From assembly GCA_964106645.2 (NCBI GenBank), contig OZ067039.1: a stretch of 64,000 bases of DNA. The stretch is one strand, 5' to 3'. The DNA is from Podarcis pityusensis. Lineage: Eukaryota. Both the position numbers and the translations under genes were made by a program. Shown piece after piece: positions 42,910 to 57,834 of this stretch (positions within the stretch are counted from its first letter, which is position 1; each line of letters starts with the position of its first letter). The notes beneath the pieces are model-generated. The model was not told the origin of the DNA. It searched no databases and saw nothing but the letters and a program-made list of their open reading frames with translations.

Positions 42910-45779
42910 GGTCAACTTGATTCCCCTTGTTTTTATTGAAATACAGACACGTGCTTCAGAATAGCGAGTCGTGCCTTCCTAAATTAAGCACATGGAGAGC
43001 ATTTGTTGAGTGTGCATCTAGAGAATAAACCATAATACATTTTCCTCTACAGAGTGCAATTAAAGGTTCAGCTCCATTTCATTGCTGCTTTCAAAGTGAA
43101 TATTGATTTTCCATTTGCATAGACAACAAAGTACAGTGAACTTGTCTAGAGAAAAAGAATAGATAATGCCACTAAAATGCAGAAGACAGAACACTGCCAA
43201 ACAGGAAATCTTTCACAACTTTAGGCAAATTGCAGTGAAAAGGGAATAGACATTTTTGCAACTATTCATGCCTGGAAGTTGACATACAGGAAAACATAAT
43301 AAAATGTTTTATTGTAATGTAATGTTTTATTAAAAACACAAGATAGGAAAGCTGCAAAGTAAACAACAATGTGAAGAAGACTTTAAGAATTTTGGTTAGT
43401 AGGAGAAGTGTAAATACTCCTAAATAAATAAATAAAAATTATTTAATTTTTAATGTACTGCAAAGGTTCCAGGATTATAAAGAAATGCATTATATAAACC
43501 ACGGGTTTTTCACAAACTTACATGATAGGTCAGATTCCTGCATTCACTTAAGTATTATCTCTCAAACAGGATGTTATAGCTAAGAAAAAGCCAAATCCCT
43601 GGTTTTTTTGTGGTAAGTAGACTTAATAAAGGAATAATGAATCTAGCAAGATTAATCATTACTGACCGTAAACCCATTTCCTTAATTTACTCATAATTGC
43701 CAAGAGGTTTAAAATGTCAAATTACTTGCAAATCCTCAGGTTCAGTTTAACACTGATTAATTAACACTGCTAATATATGATGGAAACAGGAAGAGAAGTC
43801 ACTTAAGTGCAGATTCCTTTCTTTTACCCCAAGATTTTATCTAAATTCCCCATTCTTTAACCTTCAGAGGCCACTGAAGCCCATCTGCCACCCTCCTGTC
43901 TTCTCCCCAAACTTGTTTTGCTGAAATTCGTTCCCTTGGGTTTTTCTTTTACGTTGATTTCCACTCTGTTTAAAGTATGATCACTTCTGCTCCACGGCTT
44001 TCCTTCACATATCTAATTATGTTTGTCTTTCTCAAAAGTCTGGACAGATTTTGTACCCATGGCTGTCCATGAAATATATTGTGGGTATGTCCCTTTTGCA
44101 CCTAGCTTTTTAACTACATCCAGGAACTTGCTGCTTTGCAGATGTGAATTGTGTGTATGCCCACATTTACACATGCATATACGGTGCAACCCCCACCCCA
44201 ACTTATGGTACAGATAACTCACATCTTACGCTTATTTAACTTACGAGATTGCAGCTTTGGCTAACAAAAAAGCTTGTTGGTCTTCCCTCACAGCTTTTAA
44301 GACTTGATCCCTAGTACTGAAGCCCCTAAACTTGCATTGTAATTAGTGGAGGTTTATAGACCATGTATCCTTTAATAAGGCATTTGTTACATGGTGAGAG
44401 CAGGCTCAAATGATGCTATTTAAGAGTCGGAATGGAACAGACAGGGCTCCCAACCAAGCTACTTCAAATCTTTTTGTTTCTTGTTTTCTTTCATAAGATA
44501 TCCTTTAACATCTTCTAACATATCACATACCACACCAAATCCTATCAGGCCCTACCTGGTCTGGTATACGGTCAATTTCAGGATTTATTGTTTAAAGCTA
44601 TCTACAATTGAATAATTTGGGACTGCAGATAATGTAAATGGATTAGTTTTGACACAGAGACCTCTTTTAAATATAAAATCCATAGTTGATAGACATAGGT
44701 AATTGAAACTGACTAAAAGCATATATTCCCGTGAAGTGCTGTGCCATTGTATATATCCTTATCTGGCATTAAGTCTCTTTCAATTCAGTTGGGCTTACTT
44801 CTGAGTAGATATATATAGGATTGCACTACCCACGGCTTTTTCCTCCTCCTCCCTCCTTAAACCAGTACAAAATACAAGGAAAAGAAACACAGTGTTCTGT
44901 TTGGGAACTGTTCTAATAAAAGGAAACTACTAAAAGACATTTCACTAAATTGCCAATAATGGCAAATATAGTCCAATAATTAACAATGTCCGCTCATCGT
45001 GCTTTGTCTTTTTTAAATAACCTAGCAGTATTAATACTGTCAGATAAATGTAAAAGCTAATGCATGCTGGAAAGCATTTGTATTAACACCTAGTCTTGAT
45101 ATGAACACTTCACAATTTACCTGCCTTACTAATGATCTAAGATAGAGTTACGTTCTATCTTTGCTGTTATTTTGGAACCAATCACTGCCAAAAGAGAGTA
45201 TTAACTTCTCTCCTAAAAGACTACCAAACTGGACTCTCAGGTGAAAGTTTACTAAATTTAGTCTCCAGGGTTTGCCCCCAAACTCTGGTTTCTAATGCTT
45301 GATATATTACTTAATATGAATATTGCCTGCTAGAGGTGTTCAGGGAGTGAGATAATTTATATGCCACTTTAATAGGTCAGACAGAAACAATAATAATTAG
45401 ATATATTTGAATTCACTATGGTGATAATTTACTTGAAAGGCAGCAAATACGAAAAGGCCCTCCTCCTATTATAGTTTTTATAACACTCTGGTTCAAACTG
45501 ATCAAAGTTTGCATTTTCAGAGTCATGTAGACATGTGCATTTTAAAAGATAATCTTACCTCTTTGAACTTTAATAAATTAGCATCTTTTCCTTTCTTAGG
45601 AAATAGTTCACCTATCAACTGCTTCTACTGCCTAGTCTTGTTTGCTTGCTAAAACTGCTTTATGCTAGATTTAGTCTGCCTTATTATCAGGAGCAACAAC
45701 AACAACAAAAACCCTTGTGCCAATGGCACTGTCACATTTTTTCCTGATTTGGATAAGAGTATATATTGGCTACTAATGA

Positions 45780-45974
<195 letters not shown>

Positions 45975-46954
45975 TAACTAACCATGTTGCAAGTTTGTTG
46001 ATAACAACAGGTAAATGACTGTGGGTGCCACAAGGACTGTATTTTATTGAGACATTTTGGGGTCTTCCGCCATTAAAAGGAGTAAACAGTATTGTTCTGT
46101 ATATTACAAGGTAAGTGTACAAAGCCTTTTTTTCTGTAAAAGAAGCAGCAACTGGTAGCAGAAGCTCTATAATGTTTTCAAGTAGAAATTGTAAGGGGGG
46201 GGGTTAAGCAGCTCTTGAAAACGCAAACTTTTGGTTGACTATTTATTTCATACTACTCTCCACAAGCCCCTTCTTTCTCCGAATATCCTAAGATCTGAAA
46301 AGCAGAGAGTCAGAGGCACACACTGTAAGTAGAGTCAAAGTGGTTTGAACACACTGTACATTATCTCCCCCTGAAAACAAATGTCTCAAAATACAATGAT
46401 TCTGTATTCAAAGCATTTGCAGTATGCGTTAGAATGCTTCATCTGGACAGCAATAACAGACTGAAAAAGCTGAGAGGGGGAGACACCCTATTCTTATTAG
46501 CACCACCATGCAATATGTTTAGGAATGAATAAATACAGTTTCCCAGGAACACTGGTATGGGTGGGTGGATGTAAAAAGAAGCATTTTCATATCAGTACAA
46601 GCAGGTAGGTGGCATATGAATATTAAGTGTTTATTAGAATCCCATTTGTGTTCAGCAGAGAATGGGGAAGTGAAAAGGGTTCTACTTGGAGCCTTATTTT
46701 CAGAGAATAGTTGAGAATAACACCTGTCAAGTCCATGTTGCATCAACACTGGAGTTCTGTGGGACAAAGTACTCTGTGATTTTGTTTGTTTTGTAGAGTG
46801 CTGATCTCTCAGAGCTAGTGAGAACCATTTCAAGCCATTGTGCTTTTTAACCCACAATCTCAAAAGATCAAACTTTCCCCCTAACAGTTTAATCACTTTT
46901 AGACATAATACATACATGCCACTAGGATAAACTTCACTATGTAAGTGGCAAGCA

Positions 46955-46955
<1 letters not shown>

Positions 46956-46995
<40 letters not shown>
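46956..46995. repeat. (CA)n microsatellite
   Basis: Direct reading. Confidence 0.95.
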
Positions 46996-46997
<2 letters not shown>

Positions 46998-49900
46998 AAC
47001 AGGCTTCTCTGCATTAAGTTTGAGGTAGAAACTAGCAAGATATTATGAAGGTTTTCTCCAAGCCAGAAGAGCTAGAAAGGTGTAGTATACTGGGTCACAT
47101 ATACATAGACCTCCCGTCTGATGAATTTCTGTACCTTTGAATGTTTTGAATACCACAGGGACCCTAAGCATAAATTAGCCTTTTCAATCTTCTCTATGCC
47201 TCAAACCATTCACATGTTAGTCTAGAGGCATCATCAGCATTAGGGTGATTGCCCAAGGTCACCTCCCCTAAGAGCTGTTGATGCTCAAACTCACATCAGT
47301 ATCCAACTTACTTGTTCTAACAATGCAAGGATTTCCACTTGCACAATGGAACTTCCCCTCCCTTTCCTTTCACATCTGTACTAGCAGGGTTTCCCCAGCC
47401 CTCCGGAGCAGATTTTGGGAAGGCACAGGGAACATGCAGGGTGAGGAAAGGGGGGGGAGCTGCATTACACAGGAAGAAACGCTTGTGCAGATGGAACGAG
47501 ATAGTTGGATGACCCTGTCAGTTACAGCATTGTCCAGAGCGATGCTCTTTGGAAAACCAGTTTCTTTTACTCTGTCTGGCTTGCTCTACAGCAGCTTCAC
47601 TGGGTACTCTTTTTTGGTACTAATGTGAAAAAAAAAACCTTCAAATAACTGTTCCCTGGTGTCTTTTACTACCTTGGTTTTATCTCCTCCCATCATATGC
47701 TCAGATATCATGTCAAAGCACGCTAGCTTTTACGGAGAAGTTAGGTTTTTGTTGCTACAACCTGTTTCCCGAATTCTTTCTATCCTTTCTGTGATGTGCT
47801 ACCTCCACACCCTCCACTTAGTGCAACAGAGGAGCAAAATCAGGGTGCGTGCTTCAGAATGCTGGACGTCAGCTGAAGCATTCTCTGTGTGGATATATAT
47901 TTGTGTATGGAGGAGTGGCTCCTTTATTGTGTTTGATTTAGGGAGGTTCGCTATTACAGAGTTTGAGAACTACAGATATCTTCTCCCACCCCTATTGGAC
48001 CTGCAGGACCACATGGATGTTAAAATGTTATTTTGACGTAAATACCTTGAGTAATATTTTTTCATGCAAATGTGAGCTAAATTGAAGATTTCATCATGGA
48101 TCTTAGGAAGAAGATTGATTGGATGACTGCAGTTTATCATTAACCCTACCCCAAGCTCTGTGGCTGATTGCCAAACTCTTCCAGTTGTAAAACAGCAATA
48201 GTTACAGTTACAGAAAACCTTCTCAGATGTCATATAGCAAAGTTCACATATAAAGATCTCAAATGTCATACAGAATATTCATATACAAAGTTCATATACA
48301 AAGGTCTTTGCTGCCTCTTACTCTGTTTCTTATTACCGTGAAGGAGTGTGCATAACCAAACTGGTTGTAACTGCTAAAGGTGCATGGCATCCTGAAACAT
48401 TTTATGTGTTATGAGTCTTAGTGTTTCTACTTAGTAGCCACGTTGACATGGCATGGTAAGCCAGAAACCATGGCTCGCTGCATTAAACAAACCATTATCC
48501 AAAGCTTAGTGTTAGGACTGTGGTTTGTTTTCCTCCCCCAAAGAACACAATCTGTAGGCAAGATTTTATTTTATTCTTTTGATTACTGATCATGGTTTTT
48601 TGGAGCAAAACAAACCATGAGCTCTGTTAAGCCACGGATTGTGGTTTGTTTCATCCATGTACTAGCACACAGTTCAAATAGGCTCATTTGTGGTAAACCA
48701 GGAACTACCAGGGTTCTAAAACACATAGGTACAGGAGGCCCCATACTTCCAACATTCACCGTCCAATTTACAGAGGACAACAGGAAAAATGGAGGGCAGA
48801 ACTGGCTTGCTTGTCCCCATAGTTCCCCTCATGTCTTTACTTAGCATGGTGTCAGAACGCCTGAAGAAGGCCCATTGCTGGATTTGAAAGTTTGTGTTTC
48901 ATTCTGTACTGTTATTTCCCATGCATACAAACAATAATATTTCCGGAGCTCTTCTAAGTATTCTGTGCCTTTTAATGTTCATTGATTATAAGAGATGCTT
49001 CAGTATGCTGCTGCTAGTGGTAAGCTTTATCAGCACTGGATCACCTGTTGTCTAGCAGCAGACTGATCAAAATCAGGGATATGCGTGGGTTGAAATGTCT
49101 GGTGCTCTTTATGCTGTGGGAAGACCCAACATCAGAAACCGGGGGGAAATCCCCAGAGACATAAGGAGACCAAGCCACTGTCAACGGGGGGCATGCCAAG
49201 AAATGCAGGTTGTGGTACTCAGAATATATTAACAGACCAATAGGAAGACTGGGCCTGAAGTGGAGGTGGATTTTCTCAACAAAGCTCTTTGAGAGGTGGG
49301 GAATCCCCAGAGCTGAAACTGGTTTGTGGTGAAGGGCCAGCCACTTCCCTGTTCTGTGAACTATAGCTGCAAAAAACTTTTACATACATTGCAATAGCAC
49401 GTGCAAAACTACATGTCTGTCAATGCCATAAGGAAGTTTCAGGTAGTGTAGTTTCAAATAACAAAGTTCTGGAGAACCATAATGAAAACTGCAAAACGTA
49501 GATCAACTGTCAACAAAAATACAGTAACTCTTCAACTGGAACAGAATTACAGGGTTAGGGTGAAGGTAACATACGTATGTCTCCCACACCCTCACATGTT
49601 GTTTTCCTGGCTTTCAGAACACATGAATAGGGCTTATGTTTAAGGCACTTCCTTACCCTTTGTCTTAACTCAGCAAGTTAAGCCATGGAGTCATGTTTGA
49701 GATCTTAGCCAGGATTAAGGGAACAAACCATGGTCCATGTTTACCAATGGTTAAGCATTATGCCTAGACTAGGCCTTTAAGTCTGCAACCATAAGTTCAG
49801 TGTGTGAGAGAGAACTGAAAGTGACTAAACCACCACAAGCAACATCTTGCAGGCAGGAAGATGGGCAGAGCAGAGCTGCTGTGTTCTTCCATCCTCCTAC

Positions 49901-50537
49901 TCCCAAGAAGTATTTCAATACAACTCTAGTGGTATTGTATAGTTAGTATGTATAGTTTTCTCCCTGGTTTAGGGGCCTATTGGGAAAGGGAAGGCTATGG
50001 ATCTTTTGGATCCGTACTTTCCCCTAACCCACCCAGGGCGTACCCCCTTTTGGGCCATACACGAGAGCAAGGAACAGAATTTTCTGTGATGGGGAGAAGA
50101 AGCATCCAACACAGGATCTCTGTCTCCAAGGTTGTGCCTCCTCCACCTTATGTCAGGGAGATCTGATGCTTGTTATGGCCCCTGGAATGGCCTCTTCCAG
50201 ACCCCAGAAGGTTGCAGGGCCAATAGCATGAGACATTTGAATAAAAGTTAGTTCCAATCACAGAGATCTCAGAAACTATATAGAGCGAAAAATACGGTAA
50301 TTTTAGAGTGTCTACCATTTGTCTTCAGTATCAAGATAAGGGATGGAAATAGATAAGGATTGAAAAGCACTTGATGGCTATAGTTTCCTTTTTAGAAACT
50401 CAGTTGCAGCAAGAACATGTTAAAATTAGTTTGGGTTGAATTATTTATTTGATGGAATCTTTTGTGAAGGGATTTTTGTTTTCTGAATATAGATGAATTG
50501 CTCTCTGTAGTTCAGTATTTATTGGTTCCTATATCGA

Positions 50538-50665
50538 NNNNNNNNNNNNNNNNNNNNNNNNNNNNNNNNNNNNNNNNNNNNNNNNNNNNNNNNNNNNNNN
50601 NNNNNNNNNNNNNNNNNNNNNNNNNNNNNNNNNNNNNNNNNNNNNNNNNNNNNNNNNNNNNNNNN
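50538..50665. other. assembly gap (run of N)
   Basis: About 128 N. Confidence 0.99.
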
Positions 50666-50952
50666 TTCTTAGACAGTCAAATGAAAACTGAAACATCATG
50701 GAAATTTGCTAGTTGCAATACAAGAAGTCTAGACCTCTAAAAAATACTGCGATTTAGGCCACAACTTTTATACAAAAGTTACATTTGTGGCCTCTTAAAC
50801 CATCCAAAAATGTAACTACTGATCCATATGAAAACAATCTGTTTGATGCTGTGTGGATGAACCACTATGCTTCTCTGCCACTAAATGAAGTTTCATGTTT
50901 CTCCAAAGTACAATTAATACATGGTTTATGGTTGATAATATAAATCAAATTA

Positions 50953-51472
50953 CCGTATTTTTCGCCCTATAGGATGCACTTTTCCCCCTCCAAAAATGAA
51001 GGGGAAATGTGTGTGCGTCCTATGGGGCGAATGCAGGCTTTCGCTGAAGCCTGGAGAGCGAGAGGGGTCGGTGCACACCGACCCCTCTCGCTCTCCAGGC
51101 TTCAGGAAGCTCTCCGCAAGCCTTGGGAGACGCGGTTTAGAGGCTGGCGGGGGGGAGAAGCGCGCTTCTCCCCGCCGCCAGCTCCACAAGCTGGGGGGCA
51201 GCGGGGAGGCACAGCACACCTTCCCGCTGTCCCCCGACCTGGTTTGGAGGCTGGCAGATATCCGCAAGGCATGGGAGCCCAGCGGGAAGTCGCGCCAGTC
51301 TCCCAAGGCTTGTGGGAGAGCTGCCTGTTCTGGGGTCAGGGGAAGCTCAGGCTTCCCCCGCCCCAGCCCCGCGCCTGGGGGGGGGGAAATAATTTTTGTT
51401 CTCTTTATTTCCCCCCCACCAAAACTAGGTGCATCCTAAGGGCCGGTGCGTCCTAAGGGGGGGGAAATACGG
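50953..51472. mobile_element. non-autonomous Tc1/mariner-superfamily (pogo/Tc2-like) DNA transposon, copy 1
   Basis: TIRs CCGTATTTTTCGCCCTATAGGATGCAC / GTGCGTCCTAAGGGG..AAATACGG, TA TSD, GC-rich interior. Confidence 0.85.
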
Positions 51473-54400
51473 TACAACTTCTTCAAAAACAACTGTCATT
51501 ACATTCTTTCTTGAGAACACACTACAAAAATAAGGGGCAGTATTCAACTAAATTTTACTCAGAGTAGACCCATTGAAATGAATGAACATGACTGAATTAG
51601 GTCCATTAACGTCACTGGGTCTAAATAAAACATAGTTGAATTTTATTAGATTGATATCTCTCATAAGGCAACATCCATACAATCACACCCTACCACAGTA
51701 TCAATACAAGTCAACTGTAAAACACATACTTTAGAATACCAACTGGAAGGCCATGTGGAAATAAAGCCCAAGCATGTTCTTTAAGATTTAACCAATAGTT
51801 TTATGTCCCACCTATGAGCAACAGCTCACAGGATAAGGTGGTAAGATCATCTAATTCACCATCTTGGGTTGGGATCCTCATTCCAGTTCTGTTGCAATGT
51901 TTGTATGCTTTTTCTAGAACAAATAAAGTGAAGGTAAGGTAGCCATGATAAATTTTCTTAGACCTGGTTCTTATGCTCACTTAAAACACCCTTCTCATGG
52001 TTATTAATGATGGAGTATTAATGTTTGTATGTTCCCGTCTCTAGACCACCCTAAGCCACTTTGGGAGAAAGGATGGGATATAAATAATACTAAATAAATC
52101 TAATAATAAATCCCCACTTGTCATTCCTACTCATAAAATGAAATATGAACTGGGCCTTAGTGATTATTTCCCATAGTCAAACGTATCACTTTGACCCTTG
52201 TTTCACCATTTCCAATCTCAATAAACAGCGGCAAAATCACCTAGGAGCAGGGCTGCAGTTAACTATCTGTCAGTAATGATGGAAACTTAAAACTGATGCT
52301 CTGTATTCATAGCAAAATAAGTGTTTAGTGGAGCATGAGTGACTTTAATTATTTATGTCTAATACATAGTATAGAGGTTGCCCTTTCATTACATTTCCGC
52401 GGGAGAAGATATGTATGGATTATCTATACCTATGTGATTAGTCACTTAATGTTATATGAAATAGTATCTAATAAAAATGCTTCTTCCTGTTATGTAAACT
52501 AGAAACACTCACACACAGAGGCGCACACACACTTTTGTTTGACAAACCTGTGCTATTTTTGTGAAATGTTTATAACCCTCAATTAGCTACTGTAATCACG
52601 ATGGAAATTTAGAAAAGATTATCAATGGCTATCAGATGCAGATGGGGGATTTGTACGTCACTCTGCTTCAACTTCATTGGTGTGCCATGTTTATAATGGG
52701 CTCACATCAAAGCTCAGCTGAACAGCGCCGGGAATTGACAGGAGATCACAGAGTCCTTTGTACAGGAAGAGTGAAGGGAACACAGTTTCAGGGGGGCTGA
52801 AATAGGATGGGATCTACGAAGATAAATGGTTCTGAGGATTGCAGACTCGACTACTATGTTTCTTACATTCACTGCTACAGCGTAGGTGCCCTATAGCTTT
52901 TTTGGGGGTGGCATGGTTTTTGGATGTTCTGTATGCTTTTCTAATCAAATGAGTATTGCATTTTATTTTATTAGGCACTGATTACTTGTAAAGTAAATTA
53001 TCAGAATAAGTATGCAGTGAAGTATTTCCTTCACTGTAAATCAATGCAGGTAAGTGACACCTGAAAGCTAGCAGCAGCCGTTTCAGAACCATGATAAAAT
53101 TATATTAGATTCCATGGTATTTGCAAACCTTTCAACATTTCAGATGACTTGTTTGGGCTTACAGTTCTTATCTACTTTCTAGGCAGTTACCAGAGAATAG
53201 TATAAATAGTCAACCAATGCAACATTTGTTTTGCTCAATAGTTATACTAATAGAGGTATTAAATATTGCTTACATGACCTGTTAATGACTCTGTGGATTT
53301 TATTAATATAATGAAAGAAGCTTTTTTAAAAGGCATACTTACATAATAATAGAACATATATAAAAGTTCAGATATAAAAATACATACTCTTTTTCATTTT
53401 TATTTATAGATTAGAATTTATTTAGGAATGTGATAAATTTTTATAGAGCGTAGAAGAGGAATTGTATGGGAAAGCACTGCAATTTGTTTGATTATAAGGG
53501 CATTGTGTGTATGTGCAACAGCTTTTCTTTGCAAGCATATTAAGAAGCATTTCCTTCTTAAATCTAAAATATTACCTCCAAACTGAAGGGAGAGAGAAAG
53601 TGTTGATATTTATTAAACCTATCCTAATTCCAAAGCCAGTACATCTTTTCTCATATTTAGGTTTCGTTATGATTATTGTTTGCATTATATTTTTAAATCC
53701 ATGTAAAGGTGTTTGTGTGCTTACTTCTTAATGACAAATGTAGTAATGTGACCATATTAACTATTGAAGCATTCCTCGATATCATATGATTGCATTTTTT
53801 AAAAAAGCCAACAGATGTGTGCATGTGTGTCCATTTCATTTTTTGCTTTTTCAAAGGGGAAGTTATTTGTGTTTTCAGATATTAGGTACCATACAATGTG
53901 GGTGTGTTGATTACGGCCTTCTTGAAAAGTTACCTACGCTTTCCCTTCTAAAGAACAACTGCATTGAATTATATCAATTAGAGGTTATACTCTTGTGTGT
54001 TATGGAACAAACTACTGAAGAAACAGCCCCAATGCGATTAAGTAATTGAGGCCATTTCAATAATTAAGTCCTTGTTAGTCAGAATGCCTCAATCTAGGAT
54101 TACTTAGTCCCATCATTTAGGATTTATTTAAGATTTTAAAGTAAATTTCCTTGGGTCTCTCTTCTGACCACTGAGTCTTGGGCTGCTTTCTAGTGATCAT
54201 TGGTACAAAACCTGCACGGTGGACTTTTATTTTGAAGTTTTGATCTAGGAACCACACTGTACTTTATTCCTGACCATCCATCACCCTACCCATCCTAGCA
54301 GAAGGAAAGCAGTTTTAAACGCTGGTGGTGAGCTGGTTCTGGAGCTGGAAACACAATCTGTTATATCACTGTTAGACTTTAATATTGGTAAGGGGACAAC

Positions 54401-55768
54401 AGTCAGAATGAAGTGTGCTTTTAAAAAGTATCTCTGGGGACACACAAAACTGAACTATAGGCCAGGGAGTCCCAAAGTCTTTTCCTGTTCCCACTCCACC
54501 CTAGGCTTTAAGGATCATGCTTCATAGGTCTGTGGCATACAATAAATTAATACCCTGACAGCCAGAAGTACCTGAGAGACAGGCAGAACACAATATGCAA
54601 GACTATAAAAGGGAAAGTGCATAGACCATGGAATTATTTATGACTGTTCCTATTGAATTGTTCAGATGAAGCACTGTAATATATGGAGTCCCTATGCATT
54701 ATTACTTAGAAACAAGCCTTATTGAGTTCAGTGGGATTTGCTCTGAAATAAGCAGATATATGCTTGCAGATATGGTACAGTAGTCTTCGACCCAAACTTC
54801 CATTTGGAGACCCATTTCTTAATTTTTGTTACCATATTTGTATGGTGATTACTGTTGCACCCTTCATCTGAGTAATGGCTCCCAAACTTATATAAGTTTA
54901 TATAATATTATATAAGCCTTTCATTTAGACTTCCTCAAATGTATGCTTCTTTCAAGTTACTTGTCTGAGCATTTGACGTAGGCTGAGAACCACTGGATTA
55001 AACCACTGTTTTCTTTGAGAGGTACTTATAACCTTGTGGAGAATGGGCTGTTCATTCTTTTTCATCCTGTACGTGTTACACTAATCTAGCAGGTTTTTAA
55101 CATGTCAGGTAGAGCTAAGGAAACATTTCAGGGTGGGAACTAGCATTGAACATCATAACGTTATCTGGTGATAATTACTCATTTTATCAGGTGACTGACT
55201 CTGCAACATGATATATTACTACTTGCACAAGGGGCTTGAGACAAAGTCATAGGGAGTATATCAGCTGCACCAGCTTTGATAAAACTGGCCGCCTCTAAAC
55301 GAAAGGTTGAATTGAGCGGTGGGGGAACAAATGGTGACTAAAATAATCCTGAAGCTGGGATATGGATCCAGAAAACAAATCTTGGCTACCCAGTGGCTCT
55401 GAAAGCTCTTGCTGGAATGGAATTCTTTGGGTCAATGTTTGAAGCATTTTTGGAAGCCAAGAACCATACAACAAGCCTGGAGAAATTGGGCAGTTCAAGG
55501 GAAGACGTTACAGCTTTTGAGAGACATTCTACTTGGATATTGGCTAAGGGTTTTCTCTTTTTGATTCCCATTTGTGGTATTGCTGTTGTCAAAGAGTCTC
55601 TGGAAACAAATTATTGCAAAAACTAACATCTGCTTAACAAGAAGACTGAAAGCAATTTTATACTACCCAAGAAATATAGACCTTTGGACCAAATAAATAG
55701 TTCACTGGAAAAATATACCTTTACTGAGTTATATTCAACAGTGTTTTACTCAAGAGTATAACCAGTGA

Positions 55769-56105
55769 GGGACGCGGGTGGTGCTGTGGTCTAAACCACA
55801 GAGCCTAGGGCTTGCTGATTGGAAGGTCCGCAGTTCGAATCCCCGCGACGGGGGTGAGCTCCCGTTGTTAGGTCCCAGCTCCTGCCCACCTAGCAGTTCA
55901 AAAGCACATCAAGTGCAAGTAGATAAATAGGTACCGCTCCGGCGGGAAGGTAAACGGCGTTTCCGTGCGCTGCTCTGGTTTGCCATATGCTGGCCACATG
56001 ACCCGGAAGCTGTCTGTGGACAAACGCCGGCTCCTCCGCCTATAGAGCGAGTTGAGCGCGCAACCCCAGTCAGCGACTGGACCTAATGGTCAGGGGTACC
56101 TTTAC
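55769..56105 (+). mobile_element. Sauria SINE, second subfamily
   Basis: Same head and tail architecture; perfect 12-bp TSD TATAACCAGTGA at 55757-55768 and 56106-56117. Confidence 0.9.
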
Positions 56106-56206
56106 TATAACCAGTGAAATTATTGAACATTACCAGGTAGTGCCCAGCACTGCTTGGGAATTTTTAGATTTTTTTTTATTTTTTTTTTTTAGTTTTTAAG
56201 CAGATG

Positions 56207-56441
56207 CAGTGGTTCCTTGGTTCTTGAATGTAATCCATTCCAAAAGTCAATTTTGGACATTCGAAAACCAAGACGCGGCTTCCAATTGGCGCAGGCGCCC
56301 CGGAAACAAAAGCCAACAGCCGCATCAGACATTCGGCTTCTCAAAACTCTTCAGAAACTGGAACACTTCCTTCCGGGTTTTTGGCTTTCAGGAGCCGAAA
56401 TGTTTGAGTACCAAGGCATTCTGAGAACCAAGGTTCCACTG
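56207..56441. mobile_element. Tigger-like MITE
   Basis: TIRs CAGTGGTTCCTTGGTTCT / AGAACCAAGGTTCCACTG; flanks TG and TA. Confidence 0.75.
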
Positions 56442-56504
56442 TAGTATAATTTGTGAGTTTGGACCTGTTATGCCAAAAATTGGGTGAAGTTGAAAGTGGA
56501 TCAC

Positions 56505-57087
56505 TGTCATGGACAGGCTGGATGCAGAGAAGTGGTGGGAGAAACCAGCTGGGGAATCCCCAGGAGAAGAGGGCTCAGAGCCAGGAGAGTGGTGGTAGGA
56601 CAACAATGAGTGGTCAAAGGGAGAAGGAGGAGCAGACTGGCAGGAGAAGATGTCAGAAGCTGAAGAGGTAACAGGAGTTAGTGAGCAGGAACGGGCTGTG
56701 GCAAAGAGCAGTCCAGAAGCAGAGGGAGGTCAAGAAGCAAAGTGGAGTCGGGCTGATGAAGAAGCCTGGAAAACACTCCTTCCTGCTGTTACTTGCTTCC
56801 CTCCTCCCTGATCTCCCAGAACACACAGAGAAATGAGGGCAGAGCAAGAAAGAGCAGGCGAATGAGCCTTAGGCTGCTGGGGAAGAAACCGGGAGAGGGG
56901 CCTTAGAGAGTAGTGGGAAGGCAGGGGCTTTCAGTCCTTTCAACTGACTCATTGGGGCAAGAGTTGGAAAGAGTTGCTGTGATCACTAGGCCTGTACTGT
57001 TTTGGTTCCTTTGAATAAAGAGTTAACTTCAGTGACACTGGGTGTTTTATTGCTGACCGGCTCATGACTCTGGTAGGACTCCTGACA
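56505..57087 (+). mobile_element. solo LTR (583 bp)
   Basis: TGTCA...TGACA termini, 5-bp TSD ATCAC (56500-56504 and 57088-57092), AATAAA at 57014-57019. Confidence 0.85.
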
Positions 57088-57834
57088 ATCACCATCAGAA
57101 TTGCAGGCATATCTGCTAATGTAAATAAATAGGATTTATCGTATGTACCAACCACATTTGTATTTCATAAATGAATGGATCAAAAATATTAAGAAAGTAA
57201 TGGTGATAGGCCAGATATTGAGGCGGTGGTGGGGGGAAATCTTTCCTGCAATTTAATATTATTGGTTAGGGGAAATAAATCAAAACCTCATACTACATTG
57301 ATCACCTCATATTGCTATAATTAGATGTCAACACTTGATGTTAAATCAGATTATATTTATCAATGTTATAATTTGAATAGCCCTATAATCTTTTTTATGT
57401 AAGGCTGTGTAAAGGTCTGATTAGGAAGATGTTTTATGCGTATTAGCATAAAGCTAAAGCTTTGATTTTTCGTAAAGACAAAAACAACAACGTGGTAGGT
57501 CAGTCTATGCAACCACATGACTTTCTTGGTACCAAGTGTGATATTGGGTTGCTTGATGGTGTGTTTGATCCCCTTTTGTTGTTCAAGAATAATACATTAT
57601 GCTGGTTTTATTCATCCATCATTGCCTCATGCTCTTCCTTTTAAGATTATTGCAGATAATTCCTCCCCCAATCTTGTTAGGAAACTTCCAGTGATTCCTT
57701 TAAGGGATGCAAATCCTGTGGAAGGTTCTGTGGATCGTAGTCCAATCACTCACGTGAATTTTAGGACAAAGAGGCTCTAGATGTTTGCTTGTCAGCCTTT
57801 TGAAAGGATGAATATTTCCATCTGTGAACTACTT

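Noticed and set aside
50950-51456. Overlapping 118-160 aa ORFs on both strands (also at 58348-59103)
   Set aside because: They lie within GC-rich non-autonomous transposons where stop codons are rare, and show no transposase or other domain motifs.
52636-52800. Short ORF after cag|ATG in intron 41 as an alternative terminal exon
   Set aside because: No pyrimidine tract and no recognisable homology; cannot be supported from sequence alone.
57781-57830. Possible exon 42A ortholog (..PFERMN.. versus MLERML)
   Set aside because: Only a 3-4 residue resemblance, with a poor acceptor, no early stop, and read-through into a CR1 fragment.
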